Positions 10,950 to 20,647 of a DNA stretch of 52,285 nucleotides are shown one piece after another; position 1 is the first letter of the stretch; each line of letters opens with the position of its first letter. The stretch spans positions 1 to 52,285 of the forward strand of contig SHXK01000003.1 in the NCBI GenBank assembly GCA_009693335.1, read 5' to 3'. The stretch comes from Betaproteobacteria bacterium (GTDB lineage Bacteria > Pseudomonadota > Gammaproteobacteria > Burkholderiales > SG8-39). The position numbers were made by a program, and so were the translations under genes. Under the pieces are notes generated by a model. The model was given only the letters and a program-made list of their open reading frames with translations. It had not been told where the DNA came from and made no database searches.

Positions 10950-10985
10950 GTGATTCCTCCATGGTCGTTAGAATCCCATTCTACC

Positions 10986-11756
10986 GTGCTGCTCCATCCA
11001 AATTTCGATCCGGTGCTGCTCTCCTTGGGGCCTTTGGCGGTGCGCTGGTACGGCCTCATGTACCTGCTCGCTTTCGCTTCGTTCTGGTGGCTAGGCGCGC
11101 GGCGCATCCAGGCAGGTCTTGCTCCCATCACGCGCGCACAACTGGACGACCTGCTGTTCGGCGGCATCGTCGGGGTGATACTCGGTGGGCGTCTGGGCTA
11201 CGTGCTGTTCTATAAGCCGGACTACTACCTCTCTCATCCGCTCGAGATCTTCGCCATCTGGCAGGGCGGCATGTCGTTCCACGGCGGTTTTCTCGGCGTA
11301 CTCGCCGCCATGGCGCTCGTCGCCCGGCGCCAGCGCCTCAACTGGTGGGACCTGATGGACTACGTGGCGCCACTGGTGCCGATCGGTCTTGCCGCCGGGC
11401 GTCTGGGGAATTTTATTAACGGTGAGCTCTGGGGGCGCGTCACCGATGTTTCCTGGGGCATGGTCTTCCGCGGCGCTGGGCCGCTGCCACGCCATCCCTC
11501 ACAGCTTTATCAAATGGCCCTCGAGGGCTTGGCGCTGTTTGCGCTGCTGTGGTGGTTCTCCGCGCGCCCGCGCCCGCGCGCGCAAGTATCGGCGCTGTTC
11601 CTCATCGGCTACGGCGCGTTGCGCTTCCTCGGCGAATTCGCGCGCGAGCCTGATGCGTTCCTGGGGTTACTCGCCTTGAACCTGACCATGGGCCAGTGGC
11701 TCAGTCTGCCGATGATCCTCATCGGCATCTGGCTCTTTACCCGCAGCCGCGCATGA
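10986..11756 (+). CDS. lgt: prolipoprotein diacylglyceryl transferase
   Basis: This is the 3' part of track ORF 9069-11756. The GTG at 10986 gives [26 protein letters not shown], which aligns with the E. coli Lgt N-terminus ([24 protein letters not shown]). An alternative in-frame GTG lies at 10950. Confidence 0.85.
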   Translation: MLLHPNFDPVLLSLGPLAVRWYGLMYLLAFASFWWLGARRIQAGLAPITRAQLDDLLFGGIVGVILGGRLGYVLFYKPDYYLSHPLEIFAIWQGGMSFHGGFLGVLAAMALVARRQRLNWWDLMDYVAPLVPIGLAAGRLGNFINGELWGRVTDVSWGMVFRGAGPLPRHPSQLYQMALEGLALFALLWWFSARPRPRAQVSALFLIGYGALRFLGEFAREPDAFLGLLALNLTMGQWLSLPMILIGIWLFTRSRA

Positions 11757-12715
11757 GGATCATCGCCCTGCTGCTGGCCCTCGCCACAGCAGCACCCGCA
11801 AGCGCGCAAGCGCCGAGCCCGCACGCCCTCGAGATTCCGTCCTGGTTCATCGAGACCTTTCTCGATATGAAGGAGGACGTGCGCGAAGCGGCAACCCAGG
11901 GCAAGCGCGTGATGCTTTACTTCGGGCAGGACGGCTGTCCGTATTGCACCGCCCTGCTACAGACCAATTTCAGCCAGCGCACCATCGTCGATAAGACCCG
12001 GCGTCATTTCGTCGCCATCGCCCTCAATCTCTGGGGCGATCGCGAAATCGCCTGGATCGACGGCCGCCGCATGACCGAGAAAGCTCTTGGCCGCGAACTG
12101 CGCGTGCAGTTCACGCCGACGCTGCTGTTCCTCGACGAGCAAGGCGCGGTCGCGCTGCGCTTGAACGGCTACCTGCCGCCTCACCGTTTCGAAGCGGCCC
12201 TCGACTACGCCGCCGGGCTGGCGGGCAAGGGCCTGCGCTACGACGAGTACATCAAGACCACCATCAGGGAAGCGGCGAGCGCGACGCTGCACAAAGAATC
12301 CTTCTTCGCCGCACCGCCGGTCGTGCTACGGGGTAGCAAGCCGGTGGCGTTGCTGTTCGAGACGCCGTACTGCGCCGGCTGCGATGAGTTGCACCGCGAG
12401 GGCTTGCGGCGCCCCGAAGTACGCCGCTTGCTGGAGCGCTTCGACATCTACCGCCTGACGCTGGACGACAAACGCTCCCCGACAACAACCTGGGCGCGCG
12501 AGCTGCGTGTTGCCTACACCCCGGCGCTGGTGTTCTTTGATCGCGGTAAAGAAGTGTTCCGCATCGACGCCTACCTACGGCCTTTCCATCTCGCCTCGGC
12601 GCTTGACTATGTAGCGAGCGGCGCTTATCGCCAGGAGCCTTCTTTCCAGCGCTACCTGCAAGCGCGCGCCGAGCGGCTGCGCGACCGCGGCGAAAAAGTG
12701 GATCTCTGGAAGTAA
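11753..12715 (+). CDS. secreted tandem thioredoxin-fold protein (two SoxW/COG2143-like domains)
   Basis: The ATG at 11753 overlaps the lgt stop (ATGA). Signal peptide [20 protein letters not shown]. Domain 1 has CPYC and domain 2 has CAGC, and each is followed by a ...TP(T/A)L(L/V)F(L/F)D... thioredoxin-fold core. Confidence 0.7.
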   Translation: MRIIALLLALATAAPASAQAPSPHALEIPSWFIETFLDMKEDVREAATQGKRVMLYFGQDGCPYCTALLQTNFSQRTIVDKTRRHFVAIALNLWGDREIAWIDGRRMTEKALGRELRVQFTPTLLFLDEQGAVALRLNGYLPPHRFEAALDYAAGLAGKGLRYDEYIKTTIREAASATLHKESFFAAPPVVLRGSKPVALLFETPYCAGCDELHREGLRRPEVRRLLERFDIYRLTLDDKRSPTTTWARELRVAYTPALVFFDRGKEVFRIDAYLRPFHLASALDYVASGAYRQEPSFQRYLQARAERLRDRGEKVDLWK

Positions 12716-12722
12716 CCTGCAG

Positions 12723-15590
12723 CTAGGCGAGCGCCTGCTCCAGCACGCGGGCGACGTGCAGCGCCTGGCGCTGCGCGCCATGCTCAATCTGGTGCCGGCA
12801 GCTGGTGCCGTCGGCCACCACCAGGGTATCGGCTGCAGCCTTGCGCACCGCGGGCAGCAGGCTCGCTTCGCCCATCTGCATTGAAATTTCGTAGTGCTCC
12901 GCTTCATAGCCAAAGCTGCCCGCCATGCCGCAGCAGCTGGATGGCACCGTCTGAACCTGCAGTCCAGGCACCAGTTTCAGCGTTTTCTCGACCGCGGACA
13001 TGGCGCCGAAGGCCTTCTGGTGGCAATGCCCGTGGAGCAGCGCTTGCTTGCCCAAGGCTCGCAAATTCAGCTTCAGGCGTCCCGCGTCGTGCTCAGCTGC
13101 CAGGAACTCCTCGAACAAGACGGCATGCTTGGCCAAGGTCTCGGTTCCCGGCAGGAGCACGCCGTACTCGTCGCGCAGGGTAAACAGGCAGGAGGGTTCG
13201 AGCCCGATGATAGGCACGCCGCGCGCCAACCACGGGGCGAGCGCGTCCAGCACGCGCCGCGCTTCGATGCGCGCTTCATCGACCAGACCCGCGGACAGGA
13301 AAGTGCGACCACAACACAACGGCCGGCTGCCTTCGACCGGGTCAACGGTATGCACGCGGTAACCCGCAGCCTGCAGCACGCGGCTCGCAGCACGCACGTT
13401 TTCAGGTTCGAAGTAACGGTTGAAGGTGTCGACCAACAGTACTACCTCACCCCCAGCGCCCTGCGGCGGCGCATTGACGAAGCGGTCGCGTCGCCAGGCC
13501 GGCAGCGGGCGTTTGGCCGTAAAGCCGGCAAGCCCGCCGAAGACTCGCATACCAAGGTTGGCAAGCGGCGCGATGGCCGCCGCGAACGGCGCGTAGCGCG
13601 GCAGCCAGGCAATGGCGCGATCGCGCAGGCTCAGGCCGTGACTGGTCCGGTAGTGGGCGAGGAATTCAATTTTCATGCGCGCCATGTCAACGCCGGTCGG
13701 GCATTCGCGCTTGCAGCCCTTGCAAGAGACGCAAAGGTCGAGCGCCTCTTTCACCATCTCATCAGAACCCGGGCCCAACTGCCCTGACAGCGCCAGGCGG
13801 AACGTATTGGCCCTGCCGCGGGTCAGGTGTTTTTCGTCCTGCGTGACCCGATACGAGGGGCACATGACGCCCGCATCGAACTTCCGGCAGTGGCCGTTGT
13901 TGTTGCACATCTCCACGGCTTTATCGAAGCCACCCCATTCCGACCAGTCGAGCGCCGGTGCCGGCACTTTGGTTTCATAGCCGGGCTTGAAACGGAACAG
14001 CGACCGGTCATCCATTTTCGTCGGCGCGACGATCTTGCCGGGGTTCATCAGCCCCTGCGGATCAAGCCAGGATTTGATCTCGCCCAGCGCAGCAGTAAGC
14101 CGCGGCCCGAAGAACGGTGCGATCCACTCCGAGCGCACCAGGCCGTCGCCATGCTCACCTGAGTAAGCGCCCTTGTACTGCTGCACCAGGGCGCAGGCTT
14201 CCTCGGCGATGGCGCGCATCTTCTGGGCGCCGTCGCGACGCATGTCGAGTATCGGGCGCACGTGCAAGGTGCCGACCGAAGCGTGCGCATACCAGGTACC
14301 GCGCGTGCCGTGCTTCTCGAACACCTGCGTCAGGCGGTCGGTATATTCGGCCAGGTGCTCCAGCGGAACCGCGCAATCCTCGATGAAAGAGACAGGTTTG
14401 CCGTCGCCTTTCATGGACATCATGATATTCAGGCCGGCCTTGCGAACCTCCCAGAGGTCTTTTTGCTGCTGCGCGTCGGTGATTTTGACCACACTGTCCG
14501 GGAGGCCGAGATCGGCCATCAGTTGCGTCAACCGTTGCAATCGCGAATGCTGAACCGTCGTGTCCTCTCCCGAGAATTCAACCAGCAGGATCGCGTCCGG
14601 CTCGCCTTTGATGAAAGCGTCCACCGTCTTCCTGAAAGCACCGATGTCACGCGCAAGGCCGATCATGGTACGGTCCACCAGTTCCACCGCCGTAGGCCCG
14701 AGCTTGACGATGTGCTGCGTGAGCTCCATCGCGGTATGGAACTTCGGGAAATGCACCACGCCCAGCGCACGCGCTGCCGGCAGCGCAGAGAGTTTTAGCT
14801 GCAGCTGCTCGAACCAGGCGAGCGTGCCCTCCGAGCCGACCAGCAGGTGCGCGGCATTGGCGTGCGGCGGTCCCAGGTGGTCGAGGTTGTAGCCGGCAAC
14901 TTTTCGCAACACCTTGGGAAAGCGCGCGGCGATTTCTTCTTTTTCTCTTTCATACAAGGCATTCAGCTTGCGGAGAAACTCGACATACTCCGGCGGCCCG
15001 GTATTGTCGCCCATCGATCCGAAACGCCAACGCTTGCCCTCTGCGGTCACGGCGTCGATCGCCAGCACGTTGTGCACCATGTTGCCGTAGGCGATCGAGC
15101 GCGAGCCACAGGAATTGTTGCCTGCCATGCCGCCTAGCGTCGCCTGGGCGCTGGTGGATACATCCACTGGAAACCACAAGCCATGCGCGCGTAGTTGCGC
15201 ATTCAAATGATCGAGCACGATGCCGGGCTGCACCAGCGCGGTTTTGTTTTGTATATCCAGGCTGACCATCTGATGCAGGTGCTTGGTGTGATCGATGATC
15301 AGGGCCGCGCCGACGGCCTGGCCGCATTGCGAACTGCCAGCGCCGCGCGGCAGGATCGGCACGCCTTGTTCCGCCGCGACCGCGATGGCGGTGCGGACCG
15401 CTTCTGCGGTGCGCGGCACGACCACGCCGATAGGTTCAATCTGGTAGATCGAAGCATCGGTTGCATAGCGGCCGCGCGCTGCGGTGTCGAAGAGGATTTC
15501 TCCGTCGAACTCCCTGCGCAAACGTTGGGCGAGCGAGGAATCGCCTGGTCTTGCCCTCACCATCTTGATCGGGAAAGTCGGTGCGTTCAT
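12723..15590 (-). CDS. fused FAD-binding (GlcD-like) / Fe-S (GlcF-like) oxidoreductase, YdiJ-type 2-hydroxyacid dehydrogenase architecture (955 aa)
   Basis: Trimmed to MNAPTFPIK (ATG 15590, ATGA overlap with the GntR stop). FAD PCMH domain (PRGAGSSQCGQ), 4Fe-4S motifs CNNNGHC...C and CVSCKGCKRECP, and two CCG motifs (LCCGRTF, SCCGMAGSFG). Confidence 0.85.
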   Translation of the reverse strand: MNAPTFPIKMVRARPGDSSLAQRLRREFDGEILFDTAARGRYATDASIYQIEPIGVVVPRTAEAVRTAIAVAAEQGVPILPRGAGSSQCGQAVGAALIIDHTKHLHQMVSLDIQNKTALVQPGIVLDHLNAQLRAHGLWFPVDVSTSAQATLGGMAGNNSCGSRSIAYGNMVHNVLAIDAVTAEGKRWRFGSMGDNTGPPEYVEFLRKLNALYEREKEEIAARFPKVLRKVAGYNLDHLGPPHANAAHLLVGSEGTLAWFEQLQLKLSALPAARALGVVHFPKFHTAMELTQHIVKLGPTAVELVDRTMIGLARDIGAFRKTVDAFIKGEPDAILLVEFSGEDTTVQHSRLQRLTQLMADLGLPDSVVKITDAQQQKDLWEVRKAGLNIMMSMKGDGKPVSFIEDCAVPLEHLAEYTDRLTQVFEKHGTRGTWYAHASVGTLHVRPILDMRRDGAQKMRAIAEEACALVQQYKGAYSGEHGDGLVRSEWIAPFFGPRLTAALGEIKSWLDPQGLMNPGKIVAPTKMDDRSLFRFKPGYETKVPAPALDWSEWGGFDKAVEMCNNNGHCRKFDAGVMCPSYRVTQDEKHLTRGRANTFRLALSGQLGPGSDEMVKEALDLCVSCKGCKRECPTGVDMARMKIEFLAHYRTSHGLSLRDRAIAWLPRYAPFAAAIAPLANLGMRVFGGLAGFTAKRPLPAWRRDRFVNAPPQGAGGEVVLLVDTFNRYFEPENVRAASRVLQAAGYRVHTVDPVEGSRPLCCGRTFLSAGLVDEARIEARRVLDALAPWLARGVPIIGLEPSCLFTLRDEYGVLLPGTETLAKHAVLFEEFLAAEHDAGRLKLNLRALGKQALLHGHCHQKAFGAMSAVEKTLKLVPGLQVQTVPSSCCGMAGSFGYEAEHYEISMQMGEASLLPAVRKAAADTLVVADGTSCRHQIEHGAQRQALHVARVLEQALA

Positions 15591-16276
15591 GCTGCCTGCC
15601 GCACAGCCAATACTTTGAGTTCCGCCAGCACGCTGGCGAGTTTGTGCGCCAGATGCTCCGCGAGCAGCGCCTTGATGCGCTCGACGTCCCTGGCGCTCAA
15701 GGCAGCGAGGATCGCCTCGTGCTCGTGCACCGCGGCATCCCAACGTTCTTTCGACAGGTTTGCCATATAGCGTGCGCGCCGCACATTGCCGTTCATCTGC
15801 CGGTAGGTGTGATAGAGGACCGCATTGGCGGAATATTTCACCAGTTTGAGATGGATCGCCTGGTTGAACTTGAAATAACCGGCCAGATCGCCACGTGCAT
15901 GATAGGCCAGCATCTCGTAGTGCAGCGTGCGTATCTCGTTGATTTGGGGCTCGGTCGCGTTCAGGCAGGCAAGCTCACCCGCCAAGGCCTCGAGCACCCC
16001 CATCACGGCGAGCGATTCGGCAAGACGCACCGGGTCCATCTGCGAAACGATGGCGCCGCGGTTGGGCAGCAACTCCACCAGACCTTCGGTCGCGAGGACC
16101 TTGAAGGCTTCGCGCAGCGGCGTACGCGACAGCCCCAGCTGGCCCGTTAGCAGGCGCTCGTTCAGCCGGACCCCAGGGGCCAAGCGTCCTTGTACAATGA
16201 GGTCCCGCAAGCGGTCCGTGGCCTCTTCATGGAGGGGCCGTCGGGCGATAGGGACAATCTCTTGCATGTGGTCCAT
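15587..16276 (-). CDS. GntR family transcriptional regulator (FadR/FCD subfamily)
   Basis: wHTH LNERLLTGQLGLSRTPLREAFKVLATEGLVELLPNRGAIV plus an all-helical FCD-type C-terminus. The first ATG is at 16276 (another at 16267). The track start at 16294 is a TTG inside the operator palindrome. Confidence 0.8.
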   Translation of the reverse strand: MDHMQEIVPIARRPLHEEATDRLRDLIVQGRLAPGVRLNERLLTGQLGLSRTPLREAFKVLATEGLVELLPNRGAIVSQMDPVRLAESLAVMGVLEALAGELACLNATEPQINEIRTLHYEMLAYHARGDLAGYFKFNQAIHLKLVKYSANAVLYHTYRQMNGNVRRARYMANLSKERWDAAVHEHEAILAALSARDVERIKALLAEHLAHKLASVLAELKVLAVRQAA

Positions 16277-16295
16277 TTTGTATGCAGAATACAAA
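16277..16295. promoter_or_regulatory. candidate GntR operator 1 (TTTGTAT-N5-ATACAAA)
   Basis: Perfect 7-bp inverted repeat with a 5-bp spacer. It fits the FadR-subfamily t.GT..AC.a pattern and abuts the regulator start codon. Confidence 0.45.
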
Positions 16296-16338
16296 TAAAT
16301 ACCGACTTATGCAATAGTTGGCTGTTTCCAACATATAA

Positions 16339-16356
16339 TTGTATGCAAAATAGCAA
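16339..16356. promoter_or_regulatory. candidate GntR operator 2 (TTGTATGCAAAATAGCAA), next to a perfect TATAAT (16334-16339)
   Basis: This is a direct repeat of the operator 1 core TTGTATGCAGAATACAA. It lies about 20 bp upstream of the aminotransferase start. Confidence 0.4.
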
Positions 16357-16374
16357 AGAATTGAGGCGGTAAAT

Positions 16375-17571
16375 ATGACTCGAGCCGCTGGACGCCATTT
16401 CCTGCAGATCCCGGGACCGACCAATGTGCCCGACCGGGTGCTGCGGGCGATCGACTTCCCGACCATGGACCACCGCGGACCGGATTTCGGATCCCTAGGC
16501 AAGGAAGTTCTCACAGGCATGAAGCGCGTCTTCAAGACCGCCAGCCATGTGGTCATTTACCCCGCTTCTGGAACTGGGGCCTGGGAAGCCGCTTTGGCAA
16601 ATACGCTGTCGCCCGGTGACCAAGTGTTGATGTACGAGACTGGGCATTTTGCGGCCCTGTGGCAAAAAATGGCCACCCGCTTGGGTCTGCAGCCCGAGTT
16701 CATTGCCGGTGACTGGCGCAGCGGCGCCGACCCGCAGGCCATTGAAACGCGCTTGCGCGATGACCAGGCCCACCGCATCAAGGCGGTGTGCGTGGTGCAC
16801 AACGAGACCGCCACCGGCGTGGTCTCGCGCATTGCCGAGGTACGGCGCGCGATCGACGCGGCCAAGCACCCTGCCTTGTTCCTGGTCGACACCATCTCCT
16901 CGCTAGGCTCGATCGACTACCGGCACGACGAGTGGGGTGTGGATGTCACCGTCGGCGGCTCGCAGAAAGGACTGATGCTGCCGCCTGGGCTTTCTTTCAA
17001 TGCCATTTCGACGCAAGCGCTGGCGGCCTCGAAAACGGCAAAAATGCCGCGTAGTTTCTGGGACTGGGGCGAAATGATCGCCAGCAACAAAGACGGTTAC
17101 TTCCCCTACACGCCGGCCACCAATCTGCTCTACGGCCTGCGCGAGGCCCTGAAGATGCTGCTCGAGGAAGAAGGTCTGGAAAACGTCTTCGCGCGCCACC
17201 AGCGCCATGCCGAAGCAACGCGGCGCGCGGTACGTGCCTGGGGACTGGAAGTGCTGGCGAAGAATCCCGCTGAGTACTCCAGCTCGCTCACCGCCGTACT
17301 GATGCCAGCCGGCCACGACGCCGATCGCGTAAGAAAACTGATCCTCGAGAATTTCGACATGTCGCTGGGCACCGGCCTGGGCAAACTCGCCGGCAAGGTA
17401 TTCCGCATCGGCCACCTGGGCGATTTCAACGACCTGACCTTGATGGGTACCCTCTCGGGCTGCGAAATGGGACTGGAGTTGGCCGGGGCGCCAATCAAGC
17501 GGGAGGGCGTCCAAGCAGCGCTGCAATACCTGGCCGAATGCCGTCGCTCGCCGGTCCGTGCGGCAGCCTGA
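16375..17571 (+). CDS. class V aminotransferase (serine-glyoxylate / alanine-glyoxylate aminotransferase-like)
   Basis: HFLQIPGPTNVPDRVLRA N-terminus and GGSQKGLMLPPGLSF (PLP lysine), typical of the AGXT/SGAT family. Confidence 0.85.
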   Translation: MTRAAGRHFLQIPGPTNVPDRVLRAIDFPTMDHRGPDFGSLGKEVLTGMKRVFKTASHVVIYPASGTGAWEAALANTLSPGDQVLMYETGHFAALWQKMATRLGLQPEFIAGDWRSGADPQAIETRLRDDQAHRIKAVCVVHNETATGVVSRIAEVRRAIDAAKHPALFLVDTISSLGSIDYRHDEWGVDVTVGGSQKGLMLPPGLSFNAISTQALAASKTAKMPRSFWDWGEMIASNKDGYFPYTPATNLLYGLREALKMLLEEEGLENVFARHQRHAEATRRAVRAWGLEVLAKNPAEYSSSLTAVLMPAGHDADRVRKLILENFDMSLGTGLGKLAGKVFRIGHLGDFNDLTLMGTLSGCEMGLELAGAPIKREGVQAALQYLAECRRSPVRAAA

Positions 17572-17628
17572 GCGGCGCGAATGCTATGCTTTTCAGTTGA
17601 GACCATTTCACTAATCAAGAGGGAACCC

Positions 17629-18594
17629 ATGTTGAAAATTCTTGCCGCCTTATGCCTTGCTGGAAGCGCGCTCGCCGCCCACGCGCAATCCTGGCCCATT
17701 AAGCCTGTCACCATGCTGAATCCATTTCCCGCTGGTGGCGGAACCGATACTTTTGCACGCCCCATCGCGGCCAAGCTTTCTCAGCAACTGGGCCACCAGG
17801 TTCTGATCGAGAACCAGGGTGGCGCCGGCGGCACGGTGGGAGCGACCAACGTCTCCAAACGCGCGCCCGACGGCTACAACTGGTTCTTCGGCGCGGTACA
17901 CCACACCATCGCCGAGAGCCTGTATGCGCGCCTGTCCTACGGTCTGGAGAAGGACTTCGAGCCGATCACGGTGGCGGCCTTCGTGCCCAACGTGGTGGTA
18001 GTGCATCCCAAACACGCCGACAAAATCAAGTCGCTCAAAGACCTGATCGACTACGTACGCGCCAATCCGGGCAGGCTCAACTACGGCTCGGCAGGCAACG
18101 GCACCACCCACCATCTGGCGGTGGAGTTGTTCAAGACCATGACCAAGAGCTTCATCGTGCACATCCCCTATCAGGGGGCCGGCCCGTTGATGGTCGGTCT
18201 GCTCGGGGGTACGGTTGACCTCGCTTTCGACGGCATGGGCACTTCGTCGGTGCAGATCAAGGCGGGCAGACTGATTCCTTTGGCGATCACCAGCGTCAAG
18301 CGCAACCCGGTGCTGCCGAACGTTCCAACCATGGCCGAAGCGGGTCTGCCGGACTACGAGGTGCGCACCTGGTATGGCATCTGGGCTCTCAAGGGCACCC
18401 CCAAGGAAGCCAAGGACCGCATGTACAAGGAAGTGGTGATCGCCATGAACCAGCCCGACCTGAAGAAGATTTGGGCCGAGCAGGGCGCCGATGCTGGAGG
18501 CATGCCGCCCGAAGAGATGGTGAAGCTGGTGCGCAGCGAAATCGTCAAGTGGTCCAAGGTGGTCAAGGACGCCGGCGCCAAGGTGGACAACTAG
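17629..18594 (+). CDS. Bug/TctC family tripartite tricarboxylate transporter substrate-binding protein
   Basis: Trimmed to MLKILAALCLAGSALAAHA (ATG 17629, AGAGGGA SD). PFPAGGGTDTFARPIA and NYGSAGNGTTHHLA motifs. No tctA or tctB gene is adjacent. Confidence 0.85.
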   Translation: MLKILAALCLAGSALAAHAQSWPIKPVTMLNPFPAGGGTDTFARPIAAKLSQQLGHQVLIENQGGAGGTVGATNVSKRAPDGYNWFFGAVHHTIAESLYARLSYGLEKDFEPITVAAFVPNVVVVHPKHADKIKSLKDLIDYVRANPGRLNYGSAGNGTTHHLAVELFKTMTKSFIVHIPYQGAGPLMVGLLGGTVDLAFDGMGTSSVQIKAGRLIPLAITSVKRNPVLPNVPTMAEAGLPDYEVRTWYGIWALKGTPKEAKDRMYKEVVIAMNQPDLKKIWAEQGADAGGMPPEEMVKLVRSEIVKWSKVVKDAGAKVDN

Positions 18595-18597
18595 CCT

Positions 18598-19821
18598 TCA
18601 AACAATGCCATCGGCGCGCAGTTTGGCGATTTCGGGGGCATTCAATTTTAAGTAATCGTGCAAGATTTGATCGGTATGCTCGCCTAGCAAAGGCGGCGGC
18701 AGGCGGTATTCCAAAGGGGTTGCGGAGAAGCGCATCGGACTGGCCACCAGCGGCAATTTGCCGGCAACGGGGTGGTCCAGTTCGATTTTCACGCCGCGCG
18801 CTTTGACCTGCGGCTCCTCGAACACCTGCGCGATATTGTTGATCGGGCCGTTCGGTACGCCGGCGGCTTCCAGCAATTCCAGCCACTCGGCGGTGGTCTT
18901 CCTGCGGAACACTGCCTCGATCAGCCGTGTGATCTCGGCGCGGTTCTCGACGCGCTTGCCGTTGGTGATGAAACGCGGATCGGTGGCCAGTTCGGCGCAA
19001 CCCGCCGCAGCGCAGAATTTCCGGAACAGATTGTCGTTGCCACAGGCGACGATCACCTCGCCGTCGCTCGAGCGAAACGGCTGATAGGGCACGATGTTCG
19101 GGTGCAGGTTACCGATGCGCTTGGGCGCTATGCCGGTAGAGAAGTAGTTGGTGTTCTGGTAGGCGAGCAAGGCGATCTGTGAATCGAGGAGCGCCAGATC
19201 GAGGTGCTGCCCCTGGCCGGTCTCGGCGCGATTGACAAGCGCGGCGCAGATCGCGATCGAGGCGTACATGCCGGTCATGATGTCGGCGATCGGCACGCCG
19301 GCACGCTGCGGCCCGCCTCCCGGCGCGCCATCGGGTTCGCCGGTCACGCTCATCATCCCACCCATGCCCTGGATCATGAAATCGTAGCCGGGGCGCTCGC
19401 GGTGCGGGCCGGTCTGACCAAAGCCGGTCACCGAACAGTAGATCAGCCGCGGGTTCACCGCTTTGAGGTCCTCGTAGCCCAAACCGTAGCGCGCCAGGTC
19501 GCCATGCTTGTAGTTCTCGATCAGGACGTCAGCTTCGCGCGCCAAGGCGCGGATCAGCGCCTGGCCTTCGGTCTTGGCCACGTTCACCGTGATGGATTTC
19601 TTGCCACGGTTCGTCGAAGTGAAATAAGCGGAGTCCTTGGTCTCGCGGCCTTGCTGGTCCTTCACCCAGGGCGGGCCGAAAGCGCGCGAATCGTCGCCGA
19701 CCTTGGGCCGCTCCACCTTGATCACCTCGGCGCCGAGATCGGCTAGGTTCTGGCCGGCCCAGGGACCGGCCAGGACACGCGACAGATCGAGGACTCGAAC
19801 GTGGGACAACGGGCCTGGCAT
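18598..19821 (-). CDS. family III CoA-transferase (CaiB/BaiF family)
   Basis: VRVLDLSRVLAGPWAGQNLADLGAEVIKVE N-terminus and GYDFMIQGMGGMMSVTG motif. Confidence 0.85.
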   Translation of the reverse strand: MPGPLSHVRVLDLSRVLAGPWAGQNLADLGAEVIKVERPKVGDDSRAFGPPWVKDQQGRETKDSAYFTSTNRGKKSITVNVAKTEGQALIRALAREADVLIENYKHGDLARYGLGYEDLKAVNPRLIYCSVTGFGQTGPHRERPGYDFMIQGMGGMMSVTGEPDGAPGGGPQRAGVPIADIMTGMYASIAICAALVNRAETGQGQHLDLALLDSQIALLAYQNTNYFSTGIAPKRIGNLHPNIVPYQPFRSSDGEVIVACGNDNLFRKFCAAAGCAELATDPRFITNGKRVENRAEITRLIEAVFRRKTTAEWLELLEAAGVPNGPINNIAQVFEEPQVKARGVKIELDHPVAGKLPLVASPMRFSATPLEYRLPPPLLGEHTDQILHDYLKLNAPEIAKLRADGIV

Positions 19822-19852
19822 GATTCACCCCTGCAACGGAAAGTGCGGCAAT

Positions 19853-20647
19853 CTACCAGAGGTTCGCCAACATGCGTAGCGCCAGCCCTAACAACAGCAG
19901 CGCGAACACGATGCGCAGGCGCTTCACCGGTAACCGGTGCGCGAGGCGCGCACCCAGAGGCGCCAGCGGGATGCTGGCGGCGACAATCAACGCCAGGGCC
20001 GGCAAGTGGACGTAGCCCAGGCTGCCCTCAGGCAGGCCCTCGATACGCAGACCGTTCAGTACGTAGCCGGCGGTGCCCGCGACTCCGATCGGAAAGCCGT
20101 TCGCCGCCGCGGTGCCGATGGCGCGCGGCAACGGCAGGTTGCAGCGCGCCAGGAACGGGATCGAGAGAAATGCACCACCGGCGGCGAGTACGCTGGACAA
20201 AGCACCGATCCCCGCGCCGACGCCGAACAGCCCCGCGGCGCCGGGCAATTGACGCGAGGGCTTGGGCTTGACCTCGAAAAACATCCGCGTCGCAGCGTAG
20301 AACATGAAGCCGGTGAAAAAAATCGCCAGCGGCCGCGTCGGCAAGAAGCCCGCGACCAGTGTCGCCGCTAACGCGCCGACCATGATCCCGGGCGCCATGG
20401 CGCGCGCCACGACCCAGTCCACCGCAGCGTGCCGATGATGCGCAAGGACACTGGAGAGTGAAGTGAAAGCGATCGTCGCCATCGAAGTGGCGAGCGCCAG
20501 ATGCATCATGTGCTCGGCGGGGAAACCCTTGGCCGTGAACACGAACACCAGCATCGGCACCATGACCATGCCGCCGCCGATGCCGAGCAGTCCCGCAAGA
20601 AAGCCCACCGCCACGCCGATGGCCAGGTAAACCCCCCACCACTCCAT
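19853..20647 (-). CDS. TauE/SafE (TSUP, DUF81) family anion permease
   Basis: Trimmed to MEWWGVYLAIGVAVGFLAGLLGIGGGMVMVP (ATG 20647, 1-nt overlap with the glpD stop, TGATG). It is polytopic with an internal repeat. Confidence 0.8.
   Translation of the reverse strand: MEWWGVYLAIGVAVGFLAGLLGIGGGMVMVPMLVFVFTAKGFPAEHMMHLALATSMATIAFTSLSSVLAHHRHAAVDWVVARAMAPGIMVGALAATLVAGFLPTRPLAIFFTGFMFYAATRMFFEVKPKPSRQLPGAAGLFGVGAGIGALSSVLAAGGAFLSIPFLARCNLPLPRAIGTAAANGFPIGVAGTAGYVLNGLRIEGLPEGSLGYVHLPALALIVAASIPLAPLGARLAHRLPVKRLRIVFALLLLGLALRMLANLW

Noticed and set aside
9069-10985. The 5' two-thirds of the 895-aa plus-strand ORF (9069-11756), the longest ORF after the dehydrogenase
   Set aside because: This portion is antisense to ilvD, which has unmistakable dihydroxy-acid dehydratase motifs. 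Its translation is Arg/His/Gly/Ala-rich low-complexity sequence typical of shadow frames in high-GC DNA. Only the last 256 codons (lgt) look like a real protein.
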